The notes under the pieces are model-generated. The model was given only the letters and a program-made list of their open reading frames with translations, ran no database searches and had not been told where the DNA came from. 64,000 bases of DNA from Adineta vaga (lineage: Eukaryota > Animalia > Rotifera): the NCBI GenBank assembly GCA_021613535.1, contig CP075497.1:12896001-12960000 (forward strand), written 5' to 3'. A program made the translations under genes and the position numbers. Position 1 is the stretch's first letter; the number at the start of each line of letters is the position of its first letter. Positions 14,543 to 27,987 of the stretch are shown here, piece after piece.

Positions 14543-16628
14543 TCATTGAAGAGGCACCGATATATCGAGACAACGACGTGCTTCGTCGAAATGACATTTG
14601 AGTTCAGCAAGATTTGCCGACTTGAATAGAGTCACCTGACGATAGGCAGTGCAACCTTGCTGGTCAGTTGTTTCAACGCGGAAATCACTTCCATTTAGTG
14701 TTATTTTTAATTGATCGCCCTTCACGATTGATGGTTGATTGGTGAAGTCGAGACGCATATGAAGAAGACGGCCGTTATTTGATAATGACGGATTCCACGT
14801 TTTATTTAACAGGAACTCCTCCATTGACATCATTCCAGCACTTTTGGACTTGTCGTAATTCGTTTGTTGCAATTCAGACTAAAGAATAAGAAGAGATTTT
14901 CCTCAGTTTTTCTAAACGATGTCGACAGAATGATTTTCACTCACTTGATATTGATTTGTGTTATGTGAATTGTGCTGATGGCAATTAGCAGCAGTTGATT
15001 GGAGATCTTCTCGTTGAAGCGTGATAACCTGACCACTATTGAGGAGTTTAGGTGATACTTGAATCGTCAATTCCATCATATCTAAAATACAACGATGATC
15101 TCCCGACATAAAATAAAGATGGAGTTTTTTTAACATACTTTTCGACTGGAGATGATCCCATTTGTTGAACTGATTATTAACAACATGTTGTGCCTGTTGC
15201 TTACAGTAGTCACTGGTTTTTGTCACCGATACGTTTTCTCTCTGGATGAGAATTGTTTCACCCTTTTCAATAAATTGCTCAGGAATTTCAATGTGTACAT
15301 TGTTTTTTCCGGTGGATTCCGATGTATGCTTGTCCGTGTAGAGATCGACAAAATTACCCGATGGTTGCTGCTTTTGATTTGAACCAGTAGTTGTTGATCC
15401 TGTCTTTGAACTCTTCTGAATAGTGATCGTCTTTCCGTTTTGCAGAGCTTCAGGAGGCACCTCAATTTTGATCTGCACCACTTCTATTGAAATAATTAGA
15501 TCATTATCTTGTGGATGTGACTGTGGGTGTGAATTCGGATCTTATTCTTTCGCCCACACCCTCTCTCAAGATAATTGCTCCCGAAAACTCACCACTATTG
15601 CCGATGTTTTCTTGAAGTTGGTGAACGTCTGTGCTTGATTTCACCTCCTGTTTTTGCTTGTCAACCAGACACAAACCATGCGTCTGTGGAATGGGGTGTG
15701 TCGGCTGCGATACTTTATGACCACTAACGACCTCCTCTGAATGCTTTTCAATGGTGAGCGTTTTCCCGCTCTGCAAAAGTTCTCGAGGAATATTAATCAT
15801 CACATTGTTCGACGTGGAATCTAGTAAGACACAAAAAGAGAAAACGAAATTAATTTGATAAGAAAATTTAAGATTGATTGAAAGCTGTTTTATGACGCTG
15901 CAATACCTTGTGTCGATGATGTTTTCGTGCTTGTTGACAACGATTTTTGCTGTATTTTTTCCCAGTGTTCATCGGGTTTATTGATTGCGAATGTGAGACG
16001 TTGCTCCTGTATGTCATTCGATAGTTTCTTCATCTGTTGTTGATTCTGAATGAGAGGAATTTCGACGATGAGCTGCTGCTGTTTGGTGTTGACGTATGAT
16101 GCCATCGACTTCAGGTCGACATTCGAAGGCAGTTCGTACCGTTTCTCGAACTGTTTTTGACTGTACGAACCAGACTCTCGACTGCCTTCCTCGTGTACAC
16201 CGCTAATAATTAACACACGATTCTCGATGGTGATCTACAAAGATACAATGAGTAAATCTGTACTGAAATCAAAATGTTCTGAAGGCACTTTTGATGAAAT
16301 CTTGTCGATTCTTTTATTTGCAACATGAATGTGTAGGATTGTTACTCACCTTGATGTTTTCTTGTTTGAATCCGGTGACGTTGAATGAAATTCGAAATCT
16401 TTCCAAATCACACAGATTTGACGAGAGTCGCTCAGTAACGAGACGAAGATTGGGTCGTGATAACCATTGCATCTGATCGGCCTCGAAAGACATTGATGTC
16501 TCTTCAGAGAAGGCATCGAACGTGCTAATCGTACTTGTTGATGATGTCGACGATTTCGACACTGTTGAACTGTAGTCGCTGCTGCTGCTGTTGTTGTTCT
16601 TATTATCGATACGGTGAATTGGTAACAT
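14543..16628 (-). CDS. Small heat-shock (alpha-crystallin/HSP20) protein with two ACD-like domains and an internal repeat region, ~6 exons
   Basis: FRISFNVTGFKQENIK / VLIISGVHEE...FEKRYELPSNVD is HSP20-like and the C-terminal exon is ACD-like. Splice sites at 16349/16235, 15906/15821, 15592/15484, 15138/15082 and 14944/14879. Confidence 0.7.
15503..15575. repeat. Telomere-like palindromic element inside an intron
   Basis: ATTATCTTG...TGTGGGTGTGAA / TTCGCCCACACCCTC...CAAGATAAT, with a perfect 9-bp outer inverted repeat. Confidence 0.75.
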
Positions 16629-17794
16629 TGTTTTGTTCTAGAAGATCTAAAAGAAGTTTTAAAAAACAATGTGAATGTTTCGTATATGTAAATTACCAAA
16701 TGAATTCAGTTGAAATAATATATAGTTGTAACAGAATAAATGTTAGAATGAAAAATGACAAAGAATGTATGCGCCTTTTATACACTCTTCTACGCTTACG
16801 CACTATGATTAATACGACAAGCCTTAAGTAATATTATGCGTGGCTGTAAAATGATTTCGTCCTGTCAATTAACATTCTGTCATATAAAGACGATGTGCCA
16901 TTGTCTCTGTGTATTTTATGAGTGGTGAATGTCAATCAACATAGCACAAAATGTATATAAAGATTGTACTTTAAGTATAGAATTATTTGTTGTCCAAATG
17001 TAATTATTTTTGATTCACCGACAAGCAAGCATTTTCGTACTTATTTTCCTCGCTCCATCACAATCATAAATAGAATTTGCAAAGGATTCTCGCCCATGAC
17101 AGAGAACAAATGTAAACAATCATAAGTAGAAGAAAAGCGATAAGAAAACTGGAGGTCGAAATGAAATATATCTAAATACTAAAAGATAATACAATCAACT
17201 CTACACGAAAAATTCCATGTCATGAAAATCGCCGCGATTTTGATAATCGATTACAAAATGTAAATATAACTAAGGATATTTGAACGAAATTGAAAAAATT
17301 GATGTCATAGATTCAATTTTAGATGAGTATTTTAAATGTCGACTAATGTAAAGTTAAACAATTTAAATTTATTCTCTATGATACTTCTCCACTTAGATCT
17401 TGGTTTCTTTTCATTCTTTTCAATGTTTAAATTCCAAATAAAAACGACTATTCTATAGTGCTTCTGAAAAACAACTTGACTCAAGACAACACTATATATT
17501 TACATAAACGTTTTTATTTTTATTTGTTTTTTTTCTGTTCGCTTTGTGTTCACTTGTGGAAAAACTGCATGTTACATTACTAACTAGCTTTTTCTTGAGA
17601 CATATCATTTAAGTATATTAATCTATAGATACTCGTTGGTGTAAATCAATAATCAGAAATCTGAAATAAAATCAAGATTACACAAAGATCAGTATTTATT
17701 GTAGGTATTAAAACAAGCAAATCATTTAAATGTTACTTTTCGTTCTAATTCAATTAGCAGTAATTATACAAAATGATCGTTTTCTGCAGCAATG

Positions 17795-18850
17795 TCAAAT
17801 CTGTGGCATCACTTGATTTACTATTATTCTTCGTTGTTGTCGCCATCGATTGACATAAATGTCAAATAATACATAGACGAATTGTCGACGAAATCGATTG
17901 GACACAAACATATATATGTAGAATGGACTCTTAAAGAAGAAGAAGAAGAAAACAAAAAAACAATTTCGTTTGTCGAAAAAGTTTAATCTTTATATACTTA
18001 CTGCAAAGTATAAATACAGTATCAATAAGGTAACAGCAGATGCAAGCTGAAGTTCAGCTTTCATTAATGAATCCTGACTAAGCTCTGGTATTGATAGTAG
18101 GATGTACACAATAGCATATGGCATAATGGTAAAGAAAGCAAATACAACTTGCACTAAGACCATCACTGTCAATTGTTTGTCTAATTCGCGACGAACAAAT
18201 GGTAATGTACGATGAGCCAATTGTTTCACATTACGATAAGCCAAAATACCAAAGAAGAGTGTAATACCAACAGGTAGAAGTTTTCCAAGAATGAGGATAA
18301 TACCATAGGTAACATATAATTGAAAGATATTATTTGATACTGTACAGATGACTTTACCTGTAGTAATCGATATAGTATAATCAAAATAGATTAGATAAGG
18401 AATATTATGAAGAATCCAAATGATAATAAATATTGTTAAGAGAAGACGAGCTAATTTGATATTGCTCCATTGTTGCCATTGTAGACGAGAACAGGTGGCG
18501 AAATATTGATCAATAATTGCTAAACATATACAAGTCATTGATGTCAATGCACAAACTTGAAAACAATAAAATCGAAATTTGCAGTAAAATAAAGGTGATT
18601 GTGACCAATCAATGTCGAAACCATTGAACATAACAAGACCAAGTAAACCTATTAACATCTGACCTATATTGAACGCTGACATCGTAGTTAAATAAAATGC
18701 ACATGAACTTTGTCGGAAAGTTTTAAGACTGAGAAAGACAATTATATTGAGAAATCCACCAATAACACCAGCGATCAAGATCAATGTACCGAAATACATT
18801 GTTATTTGTTTTCCATAAAAAGTGAAGGTTGCAATGGCTGTTGCTGACAT
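17795..18850 (-). CDS. Rhodopsin-like (class A) GPCR, 2 exons
   Basis: 7 hydrophobic segments and AIIDQY (DRY-like). Intron ~17930-18001, followed by SPFYIYVCVSNRFRRQ helix 8 and a TGA at 17795. Confidence 0.85.
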
Positions 18851-19974
18851 TTTAAGTTCTAACTTTCACTCTTGACGATAGTAGTGTTTTGATAATATCT
18901 TTTTTTTTCTTTTATATATACTTAGTTAGTTTAATTATTCTCTCTAAATAGAATACTTTTTCTCAGCAAATAAATGAAAGGATCGTGTTGAGATATTTCA
19001 TACAATGAAAAGAAATTATATCATTATTAAATTAGGTTTTAATTAGAAACCTTCGAGGTATTATGTATTTTTAAGCCACTAGGATTCGATACTATTTTTT
19101 CTTTCATTTCTTTAATGCGGTATGATACTATTTCACAGGTAATATACTGTAGAAAGCGCTGTAAGTCATAATAATATGAAAAAAGAAGAAGAAAACGACG
19201 TCATAGAATAATTATCAGAATAGGATGATTCATAATTGAACACTAATTATCATTTATGCACTCTTATTTTTATTAAAATTTAATAATGTTAAGTCAGATT
19301 TCTGTAGAATGAACTATTCTCATTATTTCATAATCATGGACTCGTTTTTTTTTAGATGGATTTAAAAAATGACTATAACTTCTAAAAATGATATGCGTTA
19401 TCATTATTTGTCTCACGAATGCTTTTTTTTAATCTTTTGTATTGTGTTGATAATTTATCGGCAATCCTCGAATCGATAAAGATTCCACACTCTTTATTAC
19501 ATTAATAAATTTACAAGTTTTTTTTCCAAGAAGATCGTATGTCTGTAGATAGCAAGTTTTTCGTCTTTTTTCGAAGATGATGGATACTCATAGACAATTG
19601 ATTAAACCTCTGTTTTCTACTATTCAAATTGTAATCTAGAGAAGAATATAATCGTTAGAAACAAAAAACAAATCTTTTTTTCTTGTCTGTTCATATATTA
19701 TTATAAAAACTATCTATATCGTGAAAATCGTTGTGATTTTCATAATCGATTACGAAGTGTAAATATAATTTTGACATGTTTTTTTGCACATAATTAAAGA
19801 TATTTGAAAGAAAAGAAAGATTTTGTTTCGATATGGATGTCATTATAGTATATGATATTAACGACGAGAATGGACAGTTTGAAAAACAATTGAATCGAAC
19901 TAACTTCATATTTACATTGATTTGTTTGATAATTAATGGTTTATTTTCTAAAATTGAAAAAAATTATGTTTTAG

Positions 19975-20051
19975 ATGAGCGTATGGATATACCAGTATGG
20001 ATTTGAATATTTCTTCTGCAAGTACGCCTACACCGACACCCACACCCTTAA
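19975..20051. repeat. Degenerate telomere-like palindromic element
   Basis: Right arm CACCGACACCCACACCCTTAA. Left arm degenerate (ATGAGCGTATGGAT). Confidence 0.55.
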
Positions 20052-20454
20052 TGAGAATTCAGTGGAGGATCAAGCGAGTCAGCCTCGACGAGCGTTATTT
20101 ATTGGGAATAGAATTTTTAATAATTCCAGTGATAGATCATTTTTGTTCTGTTTTTTGGGATGAAACTTTAATATATGCCAATATAAGTGTTATGAGGTAC
20201 AAGGAAGTACGGAGAAGTATAAAGAAGTACAGAAGTCTGCTTTTTCCTTCTTCGACTAAAATCTACAATTAACATAAATAAAACATACATAAAATGAAAT
20301 GAATTACTATATTAAAAAGGTACATTAAAAAAAACACACAGATATTATTCAAATGATAAGTGCAGATGTAAGATTTGATTATAATAATAAATGATGAACT
20401 TCTTTAATAAAATGATGTTTAATTTAAAAAAAAATTCAAACTGATTTTTTATTT

Positions 20455-23400
20455 ATATACGTTGAATACTTTTCTTAAAACTCTTTTCAATATCTTCCAT
20501 AGAAAAAAATTGAATTTCATCCATACAATTTCTAGGCAAAAGCAAATTTTCTAAGATTCATAATACAAAAGAAAGGATCATTTTCATTCTTAAATATTGT
20601 TTTATCATATTCATCGAATTTCTTATTAGTTACAATTGATAATTGATCTAAAACTTCGAATATAGAAATTAAATCTTGTTCTACAAAACAAACAATTAAT
20701 TCTAAAATTCGAATAGAAAATACGGATTTTAAAGAAAAACTTAATCGAAATTGTTGAAATAAATCTTCTAAAACATCTCTATTTGATATTGTTTTGATTT
20801 TACTAAAATAAGATACAAAAATTTGTCTATCAATTTTATTTTCTTCTCCAACATTTATCAAAATTTTAACAAATTCATCTGTAAGTTCACCAAAATCAGA
20901 ACATAAACCTAAATATAATATATTGCCTGTTTTTTGACTACCTTTACAAAGTGCATCTATAATTCTCTTCTTATCAAAAGATATTTTCTGTAAAGTATCA
21001 AAAAATATATTAGATTGCGAAAGATCCCAAAGTATATCTACATAATCATCAATTATCAATTCTAAAGACAAATTAGTATAGAAATAAGTAATAAATTTCT
21101 CGAAAAATAATGAATAATGATCTTCTATAAGTATTTTAATTGCATCATTAACAGAATAATTTAAATTTGGATATTTATATAATTTTAATTGTAATAAAAT
21201 ATTATATTTTTGTTCAATAGGTAAATTCAAATGATTTTCTATCCAAATAGAATCATATTGACATTGAATATTTTCATTTTTTGAAAATAATAAACATAAA
21301 AAAGCTCTTGAAGAAATTATTTCTGATGATGATAAACGAGATATTTGTTCAAATAAATTTTTGATTTCATTTAATATATTAATTCTTATTTTAAAATTAT
21401 GATATTTAAGTAAATTATTTCCATATGTTAATAAACAAATAGATAAAAGATCTTCTAAATGTTTTTTTAAATCATCTCTTATATTATGATTTGGTTTATC
21501 ATTAATAATTATTAAATTAATATTATAAATAATCATTTTTTGAACCAATGGAATTTGTTTATCATGTAAAAATATTAAAAGAAATTCATATATTTCAATT
21601 GAAAATGATTCTTTAATCATCCATTGAATAATTGAAATAAAATATTTTTCTTTTAAAATCTTTTCTATTTGATTTTCATTATGAATTTGTTGAAGATGTT
21701 CAATAAGATAATGTTGTAATATTCCTGAACAATTGTGAACTATTGAGAAAAATGATACAGATGATTTATTTAAAATTATTCGTTCGCGTTCCATTGTTAA
21801 GAATATATTAAGAATATCTATTCAATGAATACAAGCGTTTGTTTTCATAGAAATACGATAAACATTTTCAATTATTAATTTTAATATATTTTAAAGTAAA
21901 GATCAATTTATTGTTTCTAATTCTAATCGATTTTTAATTATATTTTTTAAATTTATATAATAATTATTATCGAACATTTCATTAAGAATTTCTGTTGAAT
22001 TCTCATTAATAATAAATAAAGAAGCAAAAAATTAAAAATCTTTATCTGTTCGATATTGAAACCATTTGGAAAGAATTTCAAATGCTGATTCTTCAACAAT
22101 AGAACAAGTTGAAATTCGTTGAATAATTTCATTAAGATTAGTTTTATTTGATATTTGTAAATAATTATCAATCCAAATAGCAATTTCTTTTGTTATGATT
22201 TCTTTATATATCATAGGATTATTTCATAATTGATCTAATTCATTTAAAGATGATGGAATAGAATTATTTGCAAATATTTGTATATCAATACTTAATTCAA
22301 TAAGATACATTATTGAAAGAAGGGTATGATTATTAAATGAAGATTTTTTTTGAAAATATTTATGAAATATTGTTGAATTCAAATGAATAAAATTCGATCG
22401 ATCTTTTGATTGTTTTATAAATTCTTTTAAATAATATCAAAGATAATTATCATCGATTATTTTTAATACAAAATAAGAACATTGTTGATCTTCTTCATGT
22501 ATTGATTTTTCATAAAATTTGCCATTTTATTGGAGATTGATTAGGTAATTGAGAATTTTTTATAGTTTCAAAAGCGAATTCTCGTTGATTTTCATCGTTA
22601 ACAGATTTTCCTTTCCAAAAAAGAACTAAAATATAATTTTCTAATTTGTATTTTTTACATATTGGATATAAAAGTAATAAATTACAATAATATTTTCTTT
22701 TATCATTTATATTATTTTCCAAATATATAAGACATTTAGATAAAATAATTAATAAAAATAAAAATTCATTATAATTATTATTAATTAAACGATTAAATAA
22801 TGATTGAAGATATTCTGGTAAAAATATAATAAAATCATTTATTTGTTTGGGTTTTTGAATAATATCAAAATTAAGATTAAGTTCTGATACACAATGATGA
22901 TCAAGTTTCTTTCCAATAGAAATACATATATTTAAAAATCTATTTAATTCTTGTTTATTAGATGAAGGAATAAATTCATTTATAATTGATTTGAAATACC
23001 ATTTAAACAAATAAATATAATAAAAATAATAATCATTTTTGATGAAATATCTTCCAATGAACAATTTTTAATAATATTTTCATATTTGTTAATTTTTATT
23101 AAATAAGATTCTTCATTCTTTATTAAATATTTCAGAATTGGTTCTATTGTTAATAAATCATAATACATATTTTTTGAAGAAAATTCAATTTGATCATAAT
23201 TATTTTTAGATAATCCTCCACATAATGCAATGATAATAGATAAAATGAATGGATGAATATTCTCGGAGAATAAATTCAAAGAAAAATTCTTTTCAAAAAT
23301 ATCATCTGGTCTATCAGCATTTATTAATATTTGTTGAAATATTTGATCAATAATTAATTCTATTCTTTGATTAATATGACATAATGACCATAATTGTTTA

Positions 23401-25783
23401 AATATATATGTTGGTACAAGTTTTAATGAGTTTTCTTTACATATTATATAACCTAAACGTTCAATATGAAATAAATAATTACAAAATTTGATAAGACGTT
23501 TTTCATTTATTAGATTTTTATTCATCCATTTAATAATTAATTGTTGAGAAAATTTTGAGGATATGAAATATTTTTGTACAAGTAATCTTGATGGATGATC
23601 TAATAAATTATTAAATGCTTTAAAAAGAATTTCTTTTGTTGGTAAATTATGAATATATTCAAGTGAATCAAAGAAAAGAAGACTTCCTGATGGTAAAATA
23701 AATTCAATTGAATCAGAGAAAAGTTTTGAACAAAAACAATTATAATTATTAGTTGACCATTTCCATCTAATCCACCCAAAAGCCATTAAAAGTGATTGAT
23801 AAAAACGACGTTTAGTCATAAAATAAAAAAATCTTGTTATAAGATTTTCAATTGAAGATTCTCGAATAAGAAATTGTATTATAAAATATCGTTGAAAAGA
23901 ATAATGAATAAAACCATAAACTTCTAAACTATGTTCAATTATAAAACTAATATTTGATTTTAATAAATATAAGATTTTATCTGTATATTTAGATAATTCA
24001 TTTTGATTATTTGATATATTTAATCGTTTTAATGTTAAATAACATATTCTTGTCATATCAAATTCATCAATAAGATTAGATAATGATCGAGAATAAATAT
24101 AAATCGAAAGATCATTAAGAAATTCTTTTAAAATTCTTTCAGATATATTTGGTTCCAAAATTTTCCATGTCTGTAATACGGTTTGAACACCATAATCATA
24201 CATTTCAATAGGTGATTTAGGAATATAATAATTGATAGATGATTTGAAAATATACATACAGAAAAGTGTTATAACATAAGGAGTCATTTGATCAGCACTA
24301 TCTATATATTTTAGATTAATTATGTTATCTAATTTCATTGTTAAATGATCATTTTGTATATTAATACCTTCATTGAATAATATAATATGTATATTTTCAT
24401 CAATTTGGTTAACCCATTGATTTGCAAATTCTAAAATACCTTTTCCTTCTATTCCTTCTAATGAAAAATGTCGAAAAAATAAACTATGAAATGAATATTG
24501 TTCATATCCAAGAGTACGACTTGTAAGAAATATTTGATTACCAACATATTCTTCCGATAAACTTATCTCTTCTTCAAACTCATAACTATTCTAACTGAAT
24601 GGCTGAACATCAAATGGAATATCATCAAATGCTGAGAGAAAATTTTGCGTATCTACGTAATCTTCCATAAAAATTTTTATAAGATTAATAATCTTAGATC
24701 TTTCTTCTAGTTCAACAATTTCATTTAACCCATCTAAAAAAATCGCTGCTTGACGATGATAAATAAATTCTTTCAATATATCTCCAATATTATCATCATC
24801 AATATATGGTTGAGAAAACCAAGTATGTTTACCTATATAATCAATTAAATTCATATTTGAATTATATTTAAGCCAATCGGCAAATTCACGTATTCGAATT
24901 CAAATAGGAATACGGATAGGATCGTTTTTCTTATTTCTATTTAGAGCTGATGTAGCATATAAATGTGTTATCCAACGAAGTAAAGTAGTTTTTCCACTTT
25001 TCGGATTTCCCAAAATGACGAGCCAACGAAAAGATAATAGATCTGTGATACGAGTATTATTAAAGAGTTGAAACACTTCTTTGTGTATGACTGAGGGTAA
25101 AATACTATTACTTTTATCGTCAATTCTTTCATATGCATTTCTGTCTGTAGAAGATAGAGAGTTGAAGTGTTTTATGAACATTTCCGAGAAATCAAAATTA
25201 ATCTCAATACATTTTAATTTCTCTTCAAGTCGTTTTCGACTTTGTGAAGTTAGAGAAATTTCTGTTTGTTCATAAGTAAAACTAAGAAGATCATCAATAT
25301 TATCAATCAAATCTCGCACCTGCACTTTTGAATAAAAAAAATACATTTCTTTAGATATTCATTAAGAATGTCTTCATGTTTTCGTAATACTTTGAAAATA
25401 TTCTTGTTCTTTTCAACACTTTTTGCGTATTGTAATTTTCGTTGTTCTATCTTACCTTCGAGTTCCATTCTTGTCGTAAATCGTTCCCAATTTTGTTTGT
25501 CTTCTCTTACATCTGGTCCATATAGAACATAAAGTAAATCGTCGTGTATATCAATCCAAAAACTAAGTTCTGGTCCACCAAATTCATAACTTATCAATCT
25601 TTCCAATCGTTGACAAAATAAACGATTGAAATCATCGTTGTCTAAATCAAGTTCGAGCAATTTGTTAAGATCATCACGCAGAGAAATCAAACGACGAGAT
25701 TCTGAAGAAATTTTCAATCCAGATGAGTCAGATTTAATAGTCTTGTTGATTTTACGTATAACTTTTGGAATAATATTATTCAT
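20455..25783 (-). pseudogene. NACHT/STAND NTPase gene with multiple frameshifts and stops
   Basis: Walker A WLVILGNPKSGKTTLLRW, Walker B AAIFLDGLNEI and winged-helix-like YGFIHYSFQRYF, spread over at least 7 ORF fragments in different frames. Confidence 0.75.
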
Positions 25784-26282
25784 CGTTGATTCGACAAGAT
25801 TTAATGTTAAAAATTCTTAAACAGAATATGAAGAATAAAATTAGTTGATAATTATATCTTTATATATGGAATACTTGAAATTATGTTCATAATAGATATG
25901 TGTAGCTGACTACTTTCAAAGTGATAATACCAGTGGCAACGTGCTTCTGGCTTCTTCGTCTTTTTTTCTTGCTTTATATTTGAAAAGATATTATTTATAA
26001 TAACATTCGTTATTGTTCTGTTCTTTTTTTCTAAATTGCTACGATATCATTTCATCCATTTTTCCTGATTTTTCTCTTTCTGTTATCTATATATCTCTCT
26101 CATACATTTATTCCCTTCGTTCTCTTTCTTTTGATTGCATATATATAATTGTGTCCTTTTGTCTGTAAAAGATGCGATTTAAGAGGAAATAATAAATAAA
26201 GGCGTAGTTCTATCAGCACATAGATAAATTTTGTTTTTGATGGATTTATAACTATACAGTAGTAAAAACATTCTTTTGAATT

Positions 26283-26537
26283 ACGGACTCTGACAATGGT
26301 CTCGTAACGATAGTTTTAAATGGTAACAGACGACTAACTGATGCTAGTGTAGATATGATTTGTTCTGCTATGCTTCTACGTAATGATCTTCGTCAATTAA
26401 GTGTACATAACTGTAGTATATCAACGGAAGGTATAAATCGACTTGAGTTTGCAACTCAACAACGAAATCAATTTGCGATGATAAAGAAAACTAAATATCA
26501 TCATGAAAAATTCAAACGAATAAACCAATCATTGTAG
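26283..26537 (+). pseudogene. RNI-like LRR C-terminal fragment
   Basis: LVTIVLNGNRRLTDASVDMICSAMLLRNDLRQLSVHNCSISTEGINRL shows LRR spacing. No upstream gene was found. Confidence 0.5.
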
Positions 26538-26947
26538 TTACGTCCACCAGAAAGCAAACCTCGAGCTATTAGAATGATTTTATTTAGACAATAGGTTGGA
26601 CAGTATGTATAGTGGATGTACATATCAAACAATGATCAATATGATTGTAGAGTAACAAGAAATTTTCAATGCTACAAAAACAAGAGAAAAACGCGAGACT
26701 TCTATACTTTCGTACTTCTTCATCCTTTCATGATTCTTTTTCGAAGTACGAAAGTCTCGCTTTTTCCTCCTTACTCACAAGCCATAAATATGCAAATTTG
26801 GTAAAAACAAAATGATCGCGCACGTGTATTTTTGTGATTTGTATGTTTCTTTATCAATAGTAGAAGATAAAAAACGTTACTATTTAATAAGTAGATGAAT
26901 ATAGTTATTTTTCTCATTCTTAACAAAAAGCTAAGAGATAAAAGGAT

Positions 26948-26972
26948 TATATATATATATATATATATATAT
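26948..26972. repeat. (TA)n microsatellite
   Basis: TATATA run immediately upstream of the E2-like ATG. Confidence 0.85.
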
Positions 26973-26986
26973 CAGTTTTTAGAATC

Positions 26987-27616
26987 ATGTTTCCGTCATC
27001 ACGTTTAATCAAAGACCTTTATACACAAATTACGGAATTAAAGTTATGTCAAGGAGATGATAAAATCGTTAAGTTTATTTTGGAGAAATCACCATTTAAT
27101 GATGATGATGATGAAGTTACTGATGCAAATTCAAAAGATTTTGTTATTATTGGAAGAATATTTCGCAATTCTGATATTTATAGAGAAGGTTCATTTCAAA
27201 TAGAAATCAAATTAAATAAAACACTTCCATTGGATCCACTTGAAGTACGTTTTCTTACTCCTATTTATCATCCTAATGTTAATAACGATGGTAAATAAAT
27301 TCAATAAAATTTGATTTTTAATTCAATAAAATAAATTTCTTTCTCATTTAGGTTTTATTTCTTTTGAATTATTGAAAAGAAGTGTTCATTGGTTACATAA
27401 ACATTCTTTAGTAGCATTTGTTAGAGCTAATTGTCGATTGTATTGATTATCCTGATATTGAATATTCATTACGTATTGGTTTGTTATCTTTTTATGTTTT
27501 TTTCTTCGTATTATTTCTTTTTTTTAGCATTAGGCAGAGAATATATGGAGAATCGATCTGAATTTAATCGTAATGCACTCATAACTGTGAAAAAATATGC
27601 TTTGCCAAGAAATTAA
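26987..27616 (+). pseudogene. Ubiquitin-conjugating enzyme E2-like gene, 3 exons, frameshifted
   Basis: YREGSFQIEI...PLEVRFLTPIYHPNV. Exon 2 reads GFISFELL (catalytic C to S) and needs a +1 shift near 27429 to reach VDCIDYPD. Last exon is LGREYMENRSEFNRNA. Confidence 0.75.
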
Positions 27617-27788
27617 TATTTCTTCGACGATTTTATTCGATGAAAAGTCAGCGAATTTATCAACTTTGTTAAAAACAACTATTTAGCTTGTAGAAATTCC
27701 ATCTTTTTTTTCTTTTGAAAATAAATGTGATATGACATTCTTTGAGATTCTTACTGGAAGATATTATGTTTTAGAAAATTTTTAATAT

Positions 27789-27833
27789 AGGGTGTAGATG
27801 TTAGCTATATATTTATTTTTCACATTCATCCTT
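27789..27833. repeat. Degenerate telomere-like palindromic element
   Basis: AGGGTGTAGATGT ... CACATTCATCCTT. Confidence 0.5.
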
Positions 27834-27915
27834 TCCCTACTTTGAGGATGAACAAAGCTTCTTGATAAGCATCAATTGTCTTTTAGCTTCGTCTTTTATC
27901 AAACTAAGAAATTAC

Positions 27916-27987
27916 TTGAAGGTGAGAGTTTGCAGGGTGGATATTGTTATTGTCTTCAATTAATCTCACCCTCAACCGCACCCTCAA
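27916..27987. repeat. Telomere-like palindromic element
   Basis: TTGAAGGTGAGAG...AGGGTGGA ... TCTCACCCTCAACCGCACCCTCAA. Confidence 0.75.

Noticed and set aside
19997-20272. ORF with TPTPTPTP
   Set aside because: The peptide arises from the C-rich arm of a palindromic element.
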